Both the position numbers and the translations under genes were made by a program. A stretch of DNA of 55,548 nt. Source: a virus. Its lineage: Duplodnaviria; Caudoviricetes. Within the stretch, counting starts at the first letter, position 1; the number at the start of each line of letters is the position of its first letter. Shown piece by piece: positions 28,415 to 38,475 of this stretch. Under the pieces are notes generated by a model. It was given only the letters and a program-made list of their open reading frames with translations, ran no database searches and was not told the origin of the DNA. The stretch spans positions 1-55,548 of the IMG/VR virus record IMGVR_UViG_3300038466_000036, one strand, 5' to 3'.

Positions 28415-29197
28415 ATGCAGGACGCTCAAAAAGTCGACTGGATGATTATTTCCAATGGCACAAAAGAGGTCATCGGAAACATGACTGCCGCCCGTAAGGG
28501 TGTGCAGGACGGAATCCTCGAACTCGGGTTCCCGAGTTTCCTGGATCCGGACAGCAATTTCTGTGACGAGACGATCGCCGAGGCCCGAAAGCTTCGGATT
28601 CGGCAGATCAAACTCGCCACGTTCCCCGATCGTGCCGGGAGGACATGGGCCGTCGAAAAACCCAAGGAACGCGGTTACGAGGTTCTCGGAGAAATCCGGA
28701 GGAACCTGGAAGCGGCGGCCATGACGGTGTGCAACGCCATCGGGTACAAGGCGTGGGTGGTCGAAGAGGCCATGCACACACCCATCTACCAGATCGGCCC
28801 GGAAGGGTTTTCCGCTTTTCTGCACAAAAAGGGGATTACCAAAACCCCGGCGGAAGCCATTGGGTGGGTGAAGGACAAGCTCCGTCCGAATTGGCTCCCG
28901 GACGAGGGCGCCATGTACAAAATGGCGGTATCCGGACCCGTCGAAAGACGGACGGTTTTTACCGCCGAGGAAACCGGAGAGAAAATCGAAACCCCGGAAT
29001 TCGGGGAGTCGTTATATCTAGTTGACCCGGATCCGAGACGCCGGGACAAATCCATCTTCGGCGGCCCTCTCAGGCTTACGATGGCGGGGGTCATCATGAC
29101 CCCGAAGTCGCCGAAAGCCGGAAAGGATACGATACTTCTCTTCCAGTCCCTTGGGTTGGATGTTGTCCAAGGTTCCCGTTCGTCCTACATTCACTAA
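28415..29197 (+). CDS. hypothetical protein in a GC-rich gene
   Basis: 260 aa, AAGGAGG SD, G/C-ending codons, and a hairpin after the stop. Confidence 0.8.
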   Translation: MQDAQKVDWMIISNGTKEVIGNMTAARKGVQDGILELGFPSFLDPDSNFCDETIAEARKLRIRQIKLATFPDRAGRTWAVEKPKERGYEVLGEIRRNLEAAAMTVCNAIGYKAWVVEEAMHTPIYQIGPEGFSAFLHKKGITKTPAEAIGWVKDKLRPNWLPDEGAMYKMAVSGPVERRTVFTAEETGEKIETPEFGESLYLVDPDPRRRDKSIFGGPLRLTMAGVIMTPKSPKAGKDTILLFQSLGLDVVQGSRSSYIH

Positions 29198-29204
29198 AAT
29201 CACC

Positions 29205-29241
29205 ATCCGGGGGGATTCCAAATCATCGGATCCCCCCGGAT
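29205..29241 (+). terminator. hairpin ATCCGGGGGGAT/ATCCCCCCGGAT
   Basis: Inverted repeat between convergent genes, with the same stem core as 3668-3698. Confidence 0.6.
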
Positions 29242-29264
29242 CCGGAACACCACTCTTTATTTTT

Positions 29265-30017
29265 TTAGAAAAATATATACCAAGTAAAAATCAATTCTCT
29301 TGCGCTGCTTTTTCTAATAGTTGAAAAAGTACATCTTGCGAAAATATTAATATCCGCGTCCAAATAACCAGCCTGGGTTTCGGAACAGAACAAGCCAACC
29401 TCGTTCAAATCAAGATAACCACTACCATTACCTTCGGTAGAGTCAAGAGTAACCTGAATCAAACCAACCAAATAATTATCTCCATAGTAATCAAGCCCGT
29501 CTACAGGATCTGTGGTTAAATCGTCTGTACAAAGAACTTCCGGTCCCACAGGAACATCAGGATCATGTATAAACAATGGGTATCCGCCATCAAACGCCTT
29601 GTATTGATATCCTCCGTCTGTGGTTTCCATATAACTCAATCCTCCAATATCTTCATGAGCGGCAAGACTACAATCTACAAGTTCTGGAGATGCGATATCA
29701 AGGGGATCTCCTCCTACAGGAGTTCCTCCGGTTCCAATACCAAACCATTTAATAGTCCTGTTATACCAATCGGGTCGTACTCCAGTAGCCATATCCATAC
29801 CAAATGCTCTGGACATCAACCAGTTTCTTCCTCTATAAACAATCAAATTTGACTTATCAGTTATAAGTTTAAAATTTTGTTCCCCTTTATCTCTTCCATG
29901 TATCACTACCCGCCCTTTAACAGAACTACGGTTTGATGCCATAGATTTGCCGCTTAGTCTATCTTTAAGATATTTTCTCATATTATCTCTTAAAATGATC
30001 GTCTTAACTTCAGACAT
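29265..30017 (-). CDS. baseplate / tail-fibre attachment protein
   Basis: NLIVYRGR, FGIGTGG, LNEVGLF and FARCTFSTIRK...FTWYIFF match the pattern of tail collar/fibre anchor proteins. Confidence 0.65.
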   Translation of the reverse strand: MSEVKTIILRDNMRKYLKDRLSGKSMASNRSSVKGRVVIHGRDKGEQNFKLITDKSNLIVYRGRNWLMSRAFGMDMATGVRPDWYNRTIKWFGIGTGGTPVGGDPLDIASPELVDCSLAAHEDIGGLSYMETTDGGYQYKAFDGGYPLFIHDPDVPVGPEVLCTDDLTTDPVDGLDYYGDNYLVGLIQVTLDSTEGNGSGYLDLNEVGLFCSETQAGYLDADINIFARCTFSTIRKSSARELIFTWYIFF

Positions 30018-30043
30018 TAAAATTACCTCCTGCGTTTTGGATT

Positions 30044-30286
30044 CTATAAAACCTGAACCCCCGGTATAGAAACAAGTTGTTGTATCAAAACGTCATCGTC
30101 GGAATATACAATAATTGTTACAAATTCATCATTTATATCAGGTACACAATCCAACGCCCACGACACATCCGGCTTAGTATATGATAAAATATTACCTTCA
30201 TCGTCCACAAAATTTGGTATATCCGGAAGTCCGGAAAAATCCGGGGCGTTATTTTTCCATGGAAACCATAAGCGCGTTTCTCTCAT
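30044..30286 (-). CDS. hypothetical protein
   Basis: 80 aa with an AGGAG SD. Confidence 0.65.
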   Translation of the reverse strand: MRETRLWFPWKNNAPDFSGLPDIPNFVDDEGNILSYTKPDVSWALDCVPDINDEFVTIIVYSDDDVLIQQLVSIPGVQVL

Positions 30287-30304
30287 AACCAGTTCTCCTA
30301 TGAT

Positions 30305-33300
30305 TTACCATATAGTAAGGTCGTCAATTCCACCATGGTATGTGCCGAACGTGTTATATTCGGACTGTGAGAAATAAATTCCTCCGACATACATCATACC
30401 ATAATTAGTATATGCGCCTAATCCGCCAATTGTTTGGTCTGCTCCTATCTTGGCATTATTATAATATAAAGCATAAGTATCCAATCCAACATCTCTGATT
30501 TCTATATAGGCCCAATTTACTTTGGCGGTTGCAACTGTAACGAGAGTTGTCCATGTTCCGGATACAACCTTCCTCATTTCAACTTTTCCAGTTATACCAT
30601 GATAGTAAGCTATTATACCGTTCCGCGGATTTGACGGGTCGTCGAGATGAGAAACAACACCAAGCAACTCACTCGATGCAACATATATCTTAGCCTTAAC
30701 ACTCTTTCTTCCGGTCATCTCTTTTACGGCAAACACATCTGAAGGACTGATCTTATAATATGCTATAGAATCGTACAGGGCTTTTTTCCCGGCTTCACCA
30801 CCAAGCCCAGGGTTTATTACCAATGCGGATGTCGATGTTACAACTTGTCCGGCGGTTTTTCTTCTCTCATATACGGTTGTTAAACTGAATGTAATATAGT
30901 AAATACCGGCAACGTTGGTATAATCCAATACTACATACGGAGTCACGGCATCTATATTTCTACACGCCGCAGAAAACAAATAAAAATCTCCGGCGGTACA
31001 ACTCATAGGGACGGATTGCGCTACAAAATTATACGCACCGCGTGTACCCTCAAGCGCATAAGTACCATGATAGGACGTGGTGCTTAAAGCTATCGAACCG
31101 TACACCACACTCCAGCCCGTTGTAGTACCTGTTTCAAAATCTCCGTTATTCACTAAGTTGGTTACAGTTCCTTCGTCTCCAGGAGGACTTACGTAATTTG
31201 TGTCATAGAGAGTCAATCTGGCATAACCGTCTTTCAACACCCAACTGGAAGACGCATTTATTAGATTAGAGTCAACCACAGGAGATGCGTTCGTTCCGGT
31301 AAAATCAAAATAAGCATATTCATAATCAAATACTTCAAGGTCATCTATTCCTCCGGCCATACCATTACCAGTACCATATATATCGTCATAGTATTCATAT
31401 TCATAACCGTATACTCCGGAAGGATATATTCCACCAACATACATAGAACCATATCGATCGTAAATATTCATTCCTGTAATCGTCTGGGTAGTGCCTATTT
31501 GGGTATCGTTGTAGTACAAAGCATACTGATCGTGTCCGACATCCCTAATCTCTATATACGCCCAATCAACATATGTTACGGGAGTGTCAATAAGAGTTGT
31601 CCATACAAACGATTCAAGTTTTCTCATCAGAATTCTTGCGGAATCTTCAAAATTATCCTGTTGGATATAAGCAACTATACCATTCGCGGGAAATGTGGAA
31701 TCCATATGTGATACTACTCCGCCCAAATCTCCATATCCAACACATATTCTAGCCTTAACGCTTTTTCTTACCCCGGCCCGCTGTGTATTATACACCATAT
31801 CGGGAGTAAACCTGTACACACAAATATTATCAAATTTAGCATTATCTCCAGGATTAAACGGAGGAGTAGCCGAGTATAAAGACAGAGTACATGTCAGGCT
31901 GCTGTCACTTTCAATCAAATAAGAACCGCACATTAATTCAAAATTTACCGTATCGACAGCAGTCATTTCTTTTGTAAACGTTGAACCGCTTACAGATATT
32001 TTAGCCGGAACAATACCCGCTTTCGCATATCCTGTTATTTTAATATACTCCATTCCCGGAGAAACTATAGTAACGGTGTCTTCAGCCTTTACTTCGGGCA
32101 ACGATGGAAAATTGGCTGTAAGTGTAACTCCATACCCATCTATACCAGGAGCAAAATCATTATTAACAGACATGCTTCCATTATCCATCCACCCGCTGGT
32201 ATTACCACTTTCAAAAAATCCATTTGTTATTTCATTTTCAATTATATAAGGAGCAGCTCCCCTGGGAATTAAATTATTATCATCATACATTAAACTCTTG
32301 GCATAATCGTTTTCAATAACCCAGTTTGGTCCAACATCCAAACCGCCAAAAGATTCATCGTCGAAATCATACAGAAAGTTCCCATATAATTCGGTATTGG
32401 TAATCTCCAAAACATCCCGCATATAAGCATCCAGAATGTTATCATCATGAACTATACTCTCAAGTTCTATGTATATTTCTGTATTTACAATTTCGTCATT
32501 TATAGTTGTCAATCCGTCTAAAAATATCTCTGACGGAGTTACAGACAGGGAGTCGGTAATATCCAACTCATTATCCATTAATAACTCTGTCTGTCCTACA
32601 ACTAAAATATCCATCATATAATGATCAAAATTATTTTCCCTGTGTACATAACTAATTAAATCACCTACAACTATGGTCTGCTCTATATAATCATCATTAA
32701 ACTGATCCCATGAATTGTTACATATATTGTTAGCCGTAGACCATAATTCGTCTTTTTCAAGCTGTGAATCTCCAAGAGGATCTCTAATCTCAAATAATGT
32801 AATAAATTCTTTAACCCTTACTCTATACGGTTTAAAAAAATCTAATACTGGTTTTATACTTTTAATAAACGCTGTTCCTAAAATAACATAAGACAAATAT
32901 GTATCCGAGAAATTATAAATATACACGAATTTGTCTATAGCCAAAAATAGATCTTTAAGAATGAGATCAGGGTCAACATTAGCCGTAAGTTCATCGGTTA
33001 TACTTGTGTATAGAGTTGGATTTATTTCTTGTAGATATTCTGTCCATTTGCCTGATTCATCTAAAAAGAAATCCGGAGCATATCCAAGGAACTTATCCTT
33101 ATGCCCGGCCATAAGTATTTTTTGTTCATCTTTAGTAACCGGTCTTTTCATCACATTGTTGTATTCGGTCATTATAGCCGAAGAATCTATGTTTGGAGTA
33201 CCGTCATCATTGATTAAATTTTCATAATATAAATACATATATTTTGGAAGCGCGGCTACTCCTTCGGGTTCTCCATAATTAAACACGTACAAAACCGATA

Positions 33301-34144
33301 GATACAATTCTAAGAAAGATACTGATAAATTATATCTGCTAAGTGTATATGGTTGATATAATGTTCCCCCGGTGGACCAGTTATCAAATTCATCTTGAGC
33401 AAATTTGTTAATAACAGAAAGTGCCGGATAAATATTAGATAATGATAACGACCCGCTAAGAGAAATATAAGGTGTAATCGATGGTAATGCAATAACTGAT
33501 TTATTATAGTAATCTTCAAGTTCCGCTAAAGATATTTGCCATAAAGGATCCTCAGATACAAAATATTCATAATCTAAAGATATTTGTCTCTCATTGGAAT
33601 TTAAAGGCCATACTACTTTGTTTTTAGCTACAAAATCGCCGTTGTTTATTTTATGTATCCACCATTCATATATCTTAATATTATTGAGGCCGAAAAATTC
33701 CAATACACTGGCAAGGGTTCTTGGTGTACCTTTTTTATTATAAAAATTCACGAGTTCCTGTAAAAACGTTATTTTATCATCCGCCTCTACTATACGATCC
33801 GCATAAGGAAAACCAAATCCTTTTATCACCTCGTTTATAGCGTCATCGGAAAGGTTATACGGATCGGAATAATATCTCGATTGTCTTATCAACGCTTTAT
33901 GAGTGGAATACCAATCGATTAAAAATTTTCTTACTCTTTTATGGTCTGGAGTAAGAGACGCTACCTGATCTATAATATTTCTAAAAAAATGATCGGTTTT
34001 CCCTTTTTCAGAAAAAGCCATCTGTTTAAGTTTATCATCCAAATTTCTATTTACAGGATTATCACTCGTTCTAAGACTTTCAAGAAGATCAAAAAATAAT
34101 TTAGTTCTCTCATGAACTTCATTGCTATTCAGGAGGGATGGCAT
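30305..34144 (-). CDS. baseplate wedge protein (gp7/GpI-like N-terminus) with duplicated carbohydrate-binding-like C-terminal modules
   Basis: FYNKKGTPRTL and VLDFFKPYRV in the N-terminal part. Two NG(F/D)FE.G...GW CBM-like starts. GGAG SD before the ATG at 34144. Confidence 0.7.
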   Translation of the reverse strand: MPSLLNSNEVHERTKLFFDLLESLRTSDNPVNRNLDDKLKQMAFSEKGKTDHFFRNIIDQVASLTPDHKRVRKFLIDWYSTHKALIRQSRYYSDPYNLSDDAINEVIKGFGFPYADRIVEADDKITFLQELVNFYNKKGTPRTLASVLEFFGLNNIKIYEWWIHKINNGDFVAKNKVVWPLNSNERQISLDYEYFVSEDPLWQISLAELEDYYNKSVIALPSITPYISLSGSLSLSNIYPALSVINKFAQDEFDNWSTGGTLYQPYTLSRYNLSVSFLELYLSVLYVFNYGEPEGVAALPKYMYLYYENLINDDGTPNIDSSAIMTEYNNVMKRPVTKDEQKILMAGHKDKFLGYAPDFFLDESGKWTEYLQEINPTLYTSITDELTANVDPDLILKDLFLAIDKFVYIYNFSDTYLSYVILGTAFIKSIKPVLDFFKPYRVRVKEFITLFEIRDPLGDSQLEKDELWSTANNICNNSWDQFNDDYIEQTIVVGDLISYVHRENNFDHYMMDILVVGQTELLMDNELDITDSLSVTPSEIFLDGLTTINDEIVNTEIYIELESIVHDDNILDAYMRDVLEITNTELYGNFLYDFDDESFGGLDVGPNWVIENDYAKSLMYDDNNLIPRGAAPYIIENEITNGFFESGNTSGWMDNGSMSVNNDFAPGIDGYGVTLTANFPSLPEVKAEDTVTIVSPGMEYIKITGYAKAGIVPAKISVSGSTFTKEMTAVDTVNFELMCGSYLIESDSSLTCTLSLYSATPPFNPGDNAKFDNICVYRFTPDMVYNTQRAGVRKSVKARICVGYGDLGGVVSHMDSTFPANGIVAYIQQDNFEDSARILMRKLESFVWTTLIDTPVTYVDWAYIEIRDVGHDQYALYYNDTQIGTTQTITGMNIYDRYGSMYVGGIYPSGVYGYEYEYYDDIYGTGNGMAGGIDDLEVFDYEYAYFDFTGTNASPVVDSNLINASSSWVLKDGYARLTLYDTNYVSPPGDEGTVTNLVNNGDFETGTTTGWSVVYGSIALSTTSYHGTYALEGTRGAYNFVAQSVPMSCTAGDFYLFSAACRNIDAVTPYVVLDYTNVAGIYYITFSLTTVYERRKTAGQVVTSTSALVINPGLGGEAGKKALYDSIAYYKISPSDVFAVKEMTGRKSVKAKIYVASSELLGVVSHLDDPSNPRNGIIAYYHGITGKVEMRKVVSGTWTTLVTVATAKVNWAYIEIRDVGLDTYALYYNNAKIGADQTIGGLGAYTNYGMMYVGGIYFSQSEYNTFGTYHGGIDDLTIW

Positions 34145-35072
34145 CAACATCTCCATTCGGGTAACAAGCACACCCGCTTATGTATTTTATTGGTTCGTGT
34201 GAATAATAATCCAAAATTATAATATAACCAGTAGCTATATCCACCAGATCGCCCCATTCTATATAACAGTTGGTATGGCATGTTAGATCTCCAGAAGTGG
34301 AGTCTAAATACTTTATTTCAAAATTAGAATTGGATTGTAATTCCCCTTCTATAGTAACATACCAATTTAAAGACGTATTAGGCAAGTAACAAAAATATAT
34401 TCTACCAAGCGCCATATCGGGATCTGTAACATACTGCCTTTGCCTAACTGCCCGGTATTTAATTACTCCGGCGTCTATCTGTAACTGCCATGACTCCATA
34501 TCAAGATGTACTTCGTTGAGTATATACAATTCCAATATCACCTCAACGATATTGGTTTGATCGCTAATTAATGTATTTGTATTAAACCAGCTAAAATTAG
34601 CATTTAATTTAAAATCCAAATATCTGTATATGAGTTTAGAAATTGTTGTTGAAAGGTTATCATGGTAAATACCAACTAAAGATGGCATATTTCCTATACG
34701 GTATTGCAACAGCAAATCCATCATCATTAAATCATCAGTTTGTAAATTTAGAATATTTTCTGAGGTGGACCCCATTATTCCACTTGGAGCGCCCTGATAA
34801 ATATGGATTTCAGAACCGGAATATCCTATTCTTTCCTTAATTCCTCTTGGTAGATCTGACAGCGTAATCTCATCAAACAAATAATAATATTCTTCCGAAG
34901 AAAACGATCTGTTAAACAACAAAGAAAAAAGAGAGTTTTTTTCGATAACATTATCTGTCGTCAGGTCATAAGATTCCGGTATGAATATAAAATCGGATAC
35001 TATCTTACCATAATTCATCCAATAATTATAAAAATAATAATTCAATTCTGGAAAAAAGTTGTATAACGACAT
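34125..35072 (-). CDS. hypothetical protein, probably baseplate-associated
   Basis: 315-aa ORF overlapping the start of the wedge gene. Confidence 0.65.
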   Translation of the reverse strand: MSLYNFFPELNYYFYNYWMNYGKIVSDFIFIPESYDLTTDNVIEKNSLFSLLFNRSFSSEEYYYLFDEITLSDLPRGIKERIGYSGSEIHIYQGAPSGIMGSTSENILNLQTDDLMMMDLLLQYRIGNMPSLVGIYHDNLSTTISKLIYRYLDFKLNANFSWFNTNTLISDQTNIVEVILELYILNEVHLDMESWQLQIDAGVIKYRAVRQRQYVTDPDMALGRIYFCYLPNTSLNWYVTIEGELQSNSNFEIKYLDSTSGDLTCHTNCYIEWGDLVDIATGYIIILDYYSHEPIKYISGCACYPNGDVDAIPPE

Positions 35073-35101
35073 ATAATTTCCTTTATATTATTATTTGTTT
35101 T

Positions 35102-35494
35102 TTATTGACCGTATGAGTCGTCCCCTTCTTCTGCCGGATCATAATAGTCTGATGTTCTATCGAATACTGTTGGAATAACCGGTAGTGAATTAGTTTCAAA
35201 ACCCGGAATACTAAAAGAAGAATTTTCCATAACTTTATAAGCCAACGAACATGTATTTGTCAAAGGTACTTTTCCTACAGACATTTTGTCCAACTTGTTT
35301 GAAAGGCTTTCTATTCCTGATTTAATATATATCTCGCTTGCGTTGGTAAATGGTGCAATTTGCAGATCGTTCAAGCGATTGAGTTCTCTTTGGATACAAT
35401 CTTCGTCATCACCACATCTGCGAAGAATTAGTTTTTGCAGCCTTTCGGAATTATATAATTCAGGCATGATATTTTTATTTAATTGCTTTCTCAT
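35102..35494 (-). CDS. hypothetical protein
   Basis: 130 aa with an AGGAG SD. Confidence 0.65.
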   Translation of the reverse strand: MRKQLNKNIMPELYNSERLQKLILRRCGDDEDCIQRELNRLNDLQIAPFTNASEIYIKSGIESLSNKLDKMSVGKVPLTNTCSLAYKVMENSSFSIPGFETNSLPVIPTVFDRTSDYYDPAEEGDDSYGQ

Positions 35495-35507
35495 AATAAT
35501 ACTCCTT

Positions 35508-36215
35508 TTAAATAAATTCTTTATAATCTTTAAAATATTTTTTTAAGAATTTATCTTTTGCTTTTTCTGACAATTGTGTCATTTTACACGTTTTTCTAAT
35601 TACTGATACCGGAGTAATCATTTCCCAATCACCCTTTATAGTTAAAATAATGGTATTCTCTATTTCAGATCTTGTAGCTCCATTCTTGGAGAGGAGTTTC
35701 CTTCTATTGGAATCAAGCCTTCTCATCAATGGCTTATTATACATAGTCCAGTCTATTTTATTCAATACCGTAGAAGACATAATATCTCCGGAACCGAATA
35801 GTTTAAGATATATACGGTATACATCAACAGGTTCTTTTGTAATATCCATAGCAAACGAGTATTGTCCGCCAACAAATAAAGATCCGTTATTCAACATTTG
35901 TAACCCGTTAATCAACCAATTACCGGAAAACCAGTCGTCGCTTCCACATATCATAACCGCGTCAGGAGAGAATTCCCTACATACTTCCAAACCTTTGTTC
36001 ATCTTATAAGACAGCATATTCTCAAAGGGCACATATTCTACCCAATCTTTACTTTTATAATTAGTATCTGTATAATTATCGAAGTCGCCCACTAAGACTA
36101 TTTTTTTTAAATTTTTATTAAAATGTTTAACCAATCTATCTATACATTTTACAACTATTTTTTCCCTCCCAAAGTGTGTAGGTATCAGGATACACGCTTT
36201 CTCATGAGTTACCAT
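35508..36215 (-). CDS. glycosyltransferase, GT-A fold (GT2-like)
   Basis: ILIPTHFGREKIVVKCI N-terminus, KMNKGL and GSDDW acidic motif. Confidence 0.75.
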   Translation of the reverse strand: MVTHEKACILIPTHFGREKIVVKCIDRLVKHFNKNLKKIVLVGDFDNYTDTNYKSKDWVEYVPFENMLSYKMNKGLEVCREFSPDAVMICGSDDWFSGNWLINGLQMLNNGSLFVGGQYSFAMDITKEPVDVYRIYLKLFGSGDIMSSTVLNKIDWTMYNKPLMRRLDSNRRKLLSKNGATRSEIENTIILTIKGDWEMITPVSVIRKTCKMTQLSEKAKDKFLKKYFKDYKEFI

Positions 36216-36248
36216 TTTCTTTATGGTACTCCCTTGTTTTTTATTACC

Positions 36249-36674
36249 TTAATCGAGTTGAGCTAAACGCTTACGTAATTTATCCACTCTTTTTTTTCTA
36301 TCATCAATTTGTTTACCTATAAGTTCCGCCTGATTTTGAGAAAGAAACATTTTCTCCATTTTTTGTTCTAACTGTCCTATAAGATTAATTTCTACTCTTA
36401 TAGAACATTCGAGTCTCGATTTTTCATCCGGTTTTCTATCACACAAAGAAAGATTATATTTATGATCTTTATATAATCCAATCAGAAATCCAAGACCAGT
36501 GGCAAATAAAGCCGTTCTGTTTCGACCACCAAGAGTCAATCCTATACCTGCTCCCACGGCTGTTCCCAGTTTGGTGTAACTGTGCGGGGAATTGGTTAAT
36601 CTATGAAGGAACGATTTTTTCTCTTGGTCTTCGTTATCTTCGGATTCAGTTAGAATGAGTTCGGAAATGAACAT
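36249..36674 (-). CDS. MFISE-family putative virion membrane protein
   Basis: MFISELILTES, a Gly-zipper hydrophobic pair and C-x11-C. Confidence 0.72.
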   Translation of the reverse strand: MFISELILTESEDNEDQEKKSFLHRLTNSPHSYTKLGTAVGAGIGLTLGGRNRTALFATGLGFLIGLYKDHKYNLSLCDRKPDEKSRLECSIRVEINLIGQLEQKMEKMFLSQNQAELIGKQIDDRKKRVDKLRKRLAQLD

Positions 36675-36677
36675 AAT

Positions 36678-37139
36678 TTAATAACCTCCTCCCCGCTCGG
36701 GTGGAAAAACTTTATTAAGTACAGTATTCGCTCCAATTACAGCAAGTCCTATACCGCCTGCTTTCTTGAGTCTTTTCATATTCCGACTTTGAGGTTTTGC
36801 TGTTCCTGTTGTCTCTGAAGAAGGTTGTGCTTCGGGCTTAGGTTGAGCAATCTTTGATTTGACTTTGTTTATAAATTGTCCTGTCCGGGATGGTGGATTA
36901 ACCCTGATTTTATTTATCTCCGATTTCAACCTTTGGATTTCATCTAATCTTCCATTGGTGATTGTTGGATCAATTTTAGCATTGTTTCTTTTAGCCTCAT
37001 CCATATATTCTTGTATCCTCTTAATTCGATTATTAAGATCTTTTATTCTCTCCCAGGTTCGATGTGCTTGATCATACGCTCTTTCCGGACTTCGTTCTCT
37101 TTGCCAAATTTCATTTATTATCGATTCAGAAATAAACAT
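36678..37139 (-). CDS. MFISE-family protein with coiled coil and C-terminal hydrophobic helix
   Basis: The true start is probably 37139 (MFISESIINE, GAGGA SD). Contains AGGIGLAVIGANTVL. Confidence 0.72.
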   Translation of the reverse strand: MFISESIINEIWQRERSPERAYDQAHRTWERIKDLNNRIKRIQEYMDEAKRNNAKIDPTITNGRLDEIQRLKSEINKIRVNPPSRTGQFINKVKSKIAQPKPEAQPSSETTGTAKPQSRNMKRLKKAGGIGLAVIGANTVLNKVFPPERGGGY

Positions 37140-37152
37140 TTTATTATTCCTC

Positions 37153-37833
37153 TTATATTTTTCTAAGAGCATTTTCTTTATAGTATGATAGCGGTTTACC
37201 ATTGCCATACGGATCCTTATCATTATAGTCCGGATCTATATCCTTAATCTCCTTCACCACTTTCTCTCTTTTCTTCAACAAAATCTCTGAACTTGGTTCG
37301 TATTTTAATGCCTCATCTATTAATCTTAAAGATTCTTTAAATCCAATCAATCTACAATTATTGTACTTCTCATTACTTCTTATATACTGTCTACACTCGT
37401 CCATAGATCTCTTTTTAATTACCAATAATACACTACCTACTAACGCAGCTATTCCAAGAACAGCCGGTATTTTACCTTTTTGTTTTCTTAAATAATTAAC
37501 TAATTTATCTTTAAATATTTTAAGTTGTTCTTTGGTGGATTCAGCTATTTTCGGAATATCTTCTCCTATATTATCCGAGTATATAGAATACTTAACTTTT
37601 CCAGACGGGTCGGTTACATTCACTCTAAATTTAACGTTTTTGGGTTTACTCTTTTCTATTAGAGCTATTATTTTATTATGTAAATCTCTTTCGACGCTAT
37701 TAGAAAATATTTTTCTATTTGGATCAAACTTTTTTCCAAAATTTCTCTCATAAAAATCGGTCTCGGCGTCAATAACATTTTTATAGAATTCGCTGACGGA
37801 TGCCTCTTTAATTATATTCTCACTTATAAACAT
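37153..37833 (-). CDS. MFISE-family putative virion membrane protein
   Basis: MFISENIIKEA, IPAVLGIAALVGSVLLVI and C-x12-C-x19-P. Confidence 0.75.
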   Translation of the reverse strand: MFISENIIKEASVSEFYKNVIDAETDFYERNFGKKFDPNRKIFSNSVERDLHNKIIALIEKSKPKNVKFRVNVTDPSGKVKYSIYSDNIGEDIPKIAESTKEQLKIFKDKLVNYLRKQKGKIPAVLGIAALVGSVLLVIKKRSMDECRQYIRSNEKYNNCRLIGFKESLRLIDEALKYEPSSEILLKKREKVVKEIKDIDPDYNDKDPYGNGKPLSYYKENALRKI

Positions 37834-37838
37834 ATCTG

Positions 37839-38456
37839 TTATCTTCCGGAAGTTTTAAGATCTTGCAATCTTTGTTTTTCATTTCTTAACAATTGTGAAT
37901 CAGGATTATGTTTTAATCCATTGTCTATCTCTCTTTCGGCAGCTATATATCCTAACATTTTACACTGGTTATACTTCTCTTTATCATTTCTATACTGTCC
38001 GCATCTATCATTAGCTATCTTTAATCTATGATTGGCATACGCGATAGCGGCGGCAACAGTAACAGTGGCGATAGCCGTTCCTATCATCGCGCGTTTACCG
38101 AACTTTTTAGCTTTTGTTTTAAATACACGGACGCTGGCTATGTCGGCTTCTAATTTTTTTATGTTCTCTTCCATGGACTGAATCGATTTTGTTCTATTCC
38201 GCATATGTGTAGATAAGTTATTTCTTAACTCAAATACTTTTTTATCCAATTTAAAATATTCATCATACAATTTTTCATATTTAGCTGTGGACGATTCATA
38301 ATTTTTATAATCAATCTTATAATTTTTCCATGCAGTTTTTGCTGCGTCTGCTTTCTTCGTCAACTCAAGAATTTCTTTTACTTTTTCCAAATCCTTAACC
38401 ATAGTATCTAAAATCATACCTTCATTTAGTATTTTGTATGACAAGGATATACTCAT
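37839..38456 (-). CDS. MFISE-family-related putative virion membrane protein
   Basis: MSISLSYKILNEG, AMIGTAIATVTVAAAIAYA and C-x12-C-x19-P. Confidence 0.75.
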   Translation of the reverse strand: MSISLSYKILNEGMILDTMVKDLEKVKEILELTKKADAAKTAWKNYKIDYKNYESSTAKYEKLYDEYFKLDKKVFELRNNLSTHMRNRTKSIQSMEENIKKLEADIASVRVFKTKAKKFGKRAMIGTAIATVTVAAAIAYANHRLKIANDRCGQYRNDKEKYNQCKMLGYIAAEREIDNGLKHNPDSQLLRNEKQRLQDLKTSGR

Positions 38457-38475
38457 TTATTTATATACTCCTAAA

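Noticed and set aside
28279-29221. Multiple overlapping ORFs in the GC-rich cassette
   Set aside because: Expected from stop-codon scarcity at high GC. Only 28415..29197 has a strong SD and matching boundaries.
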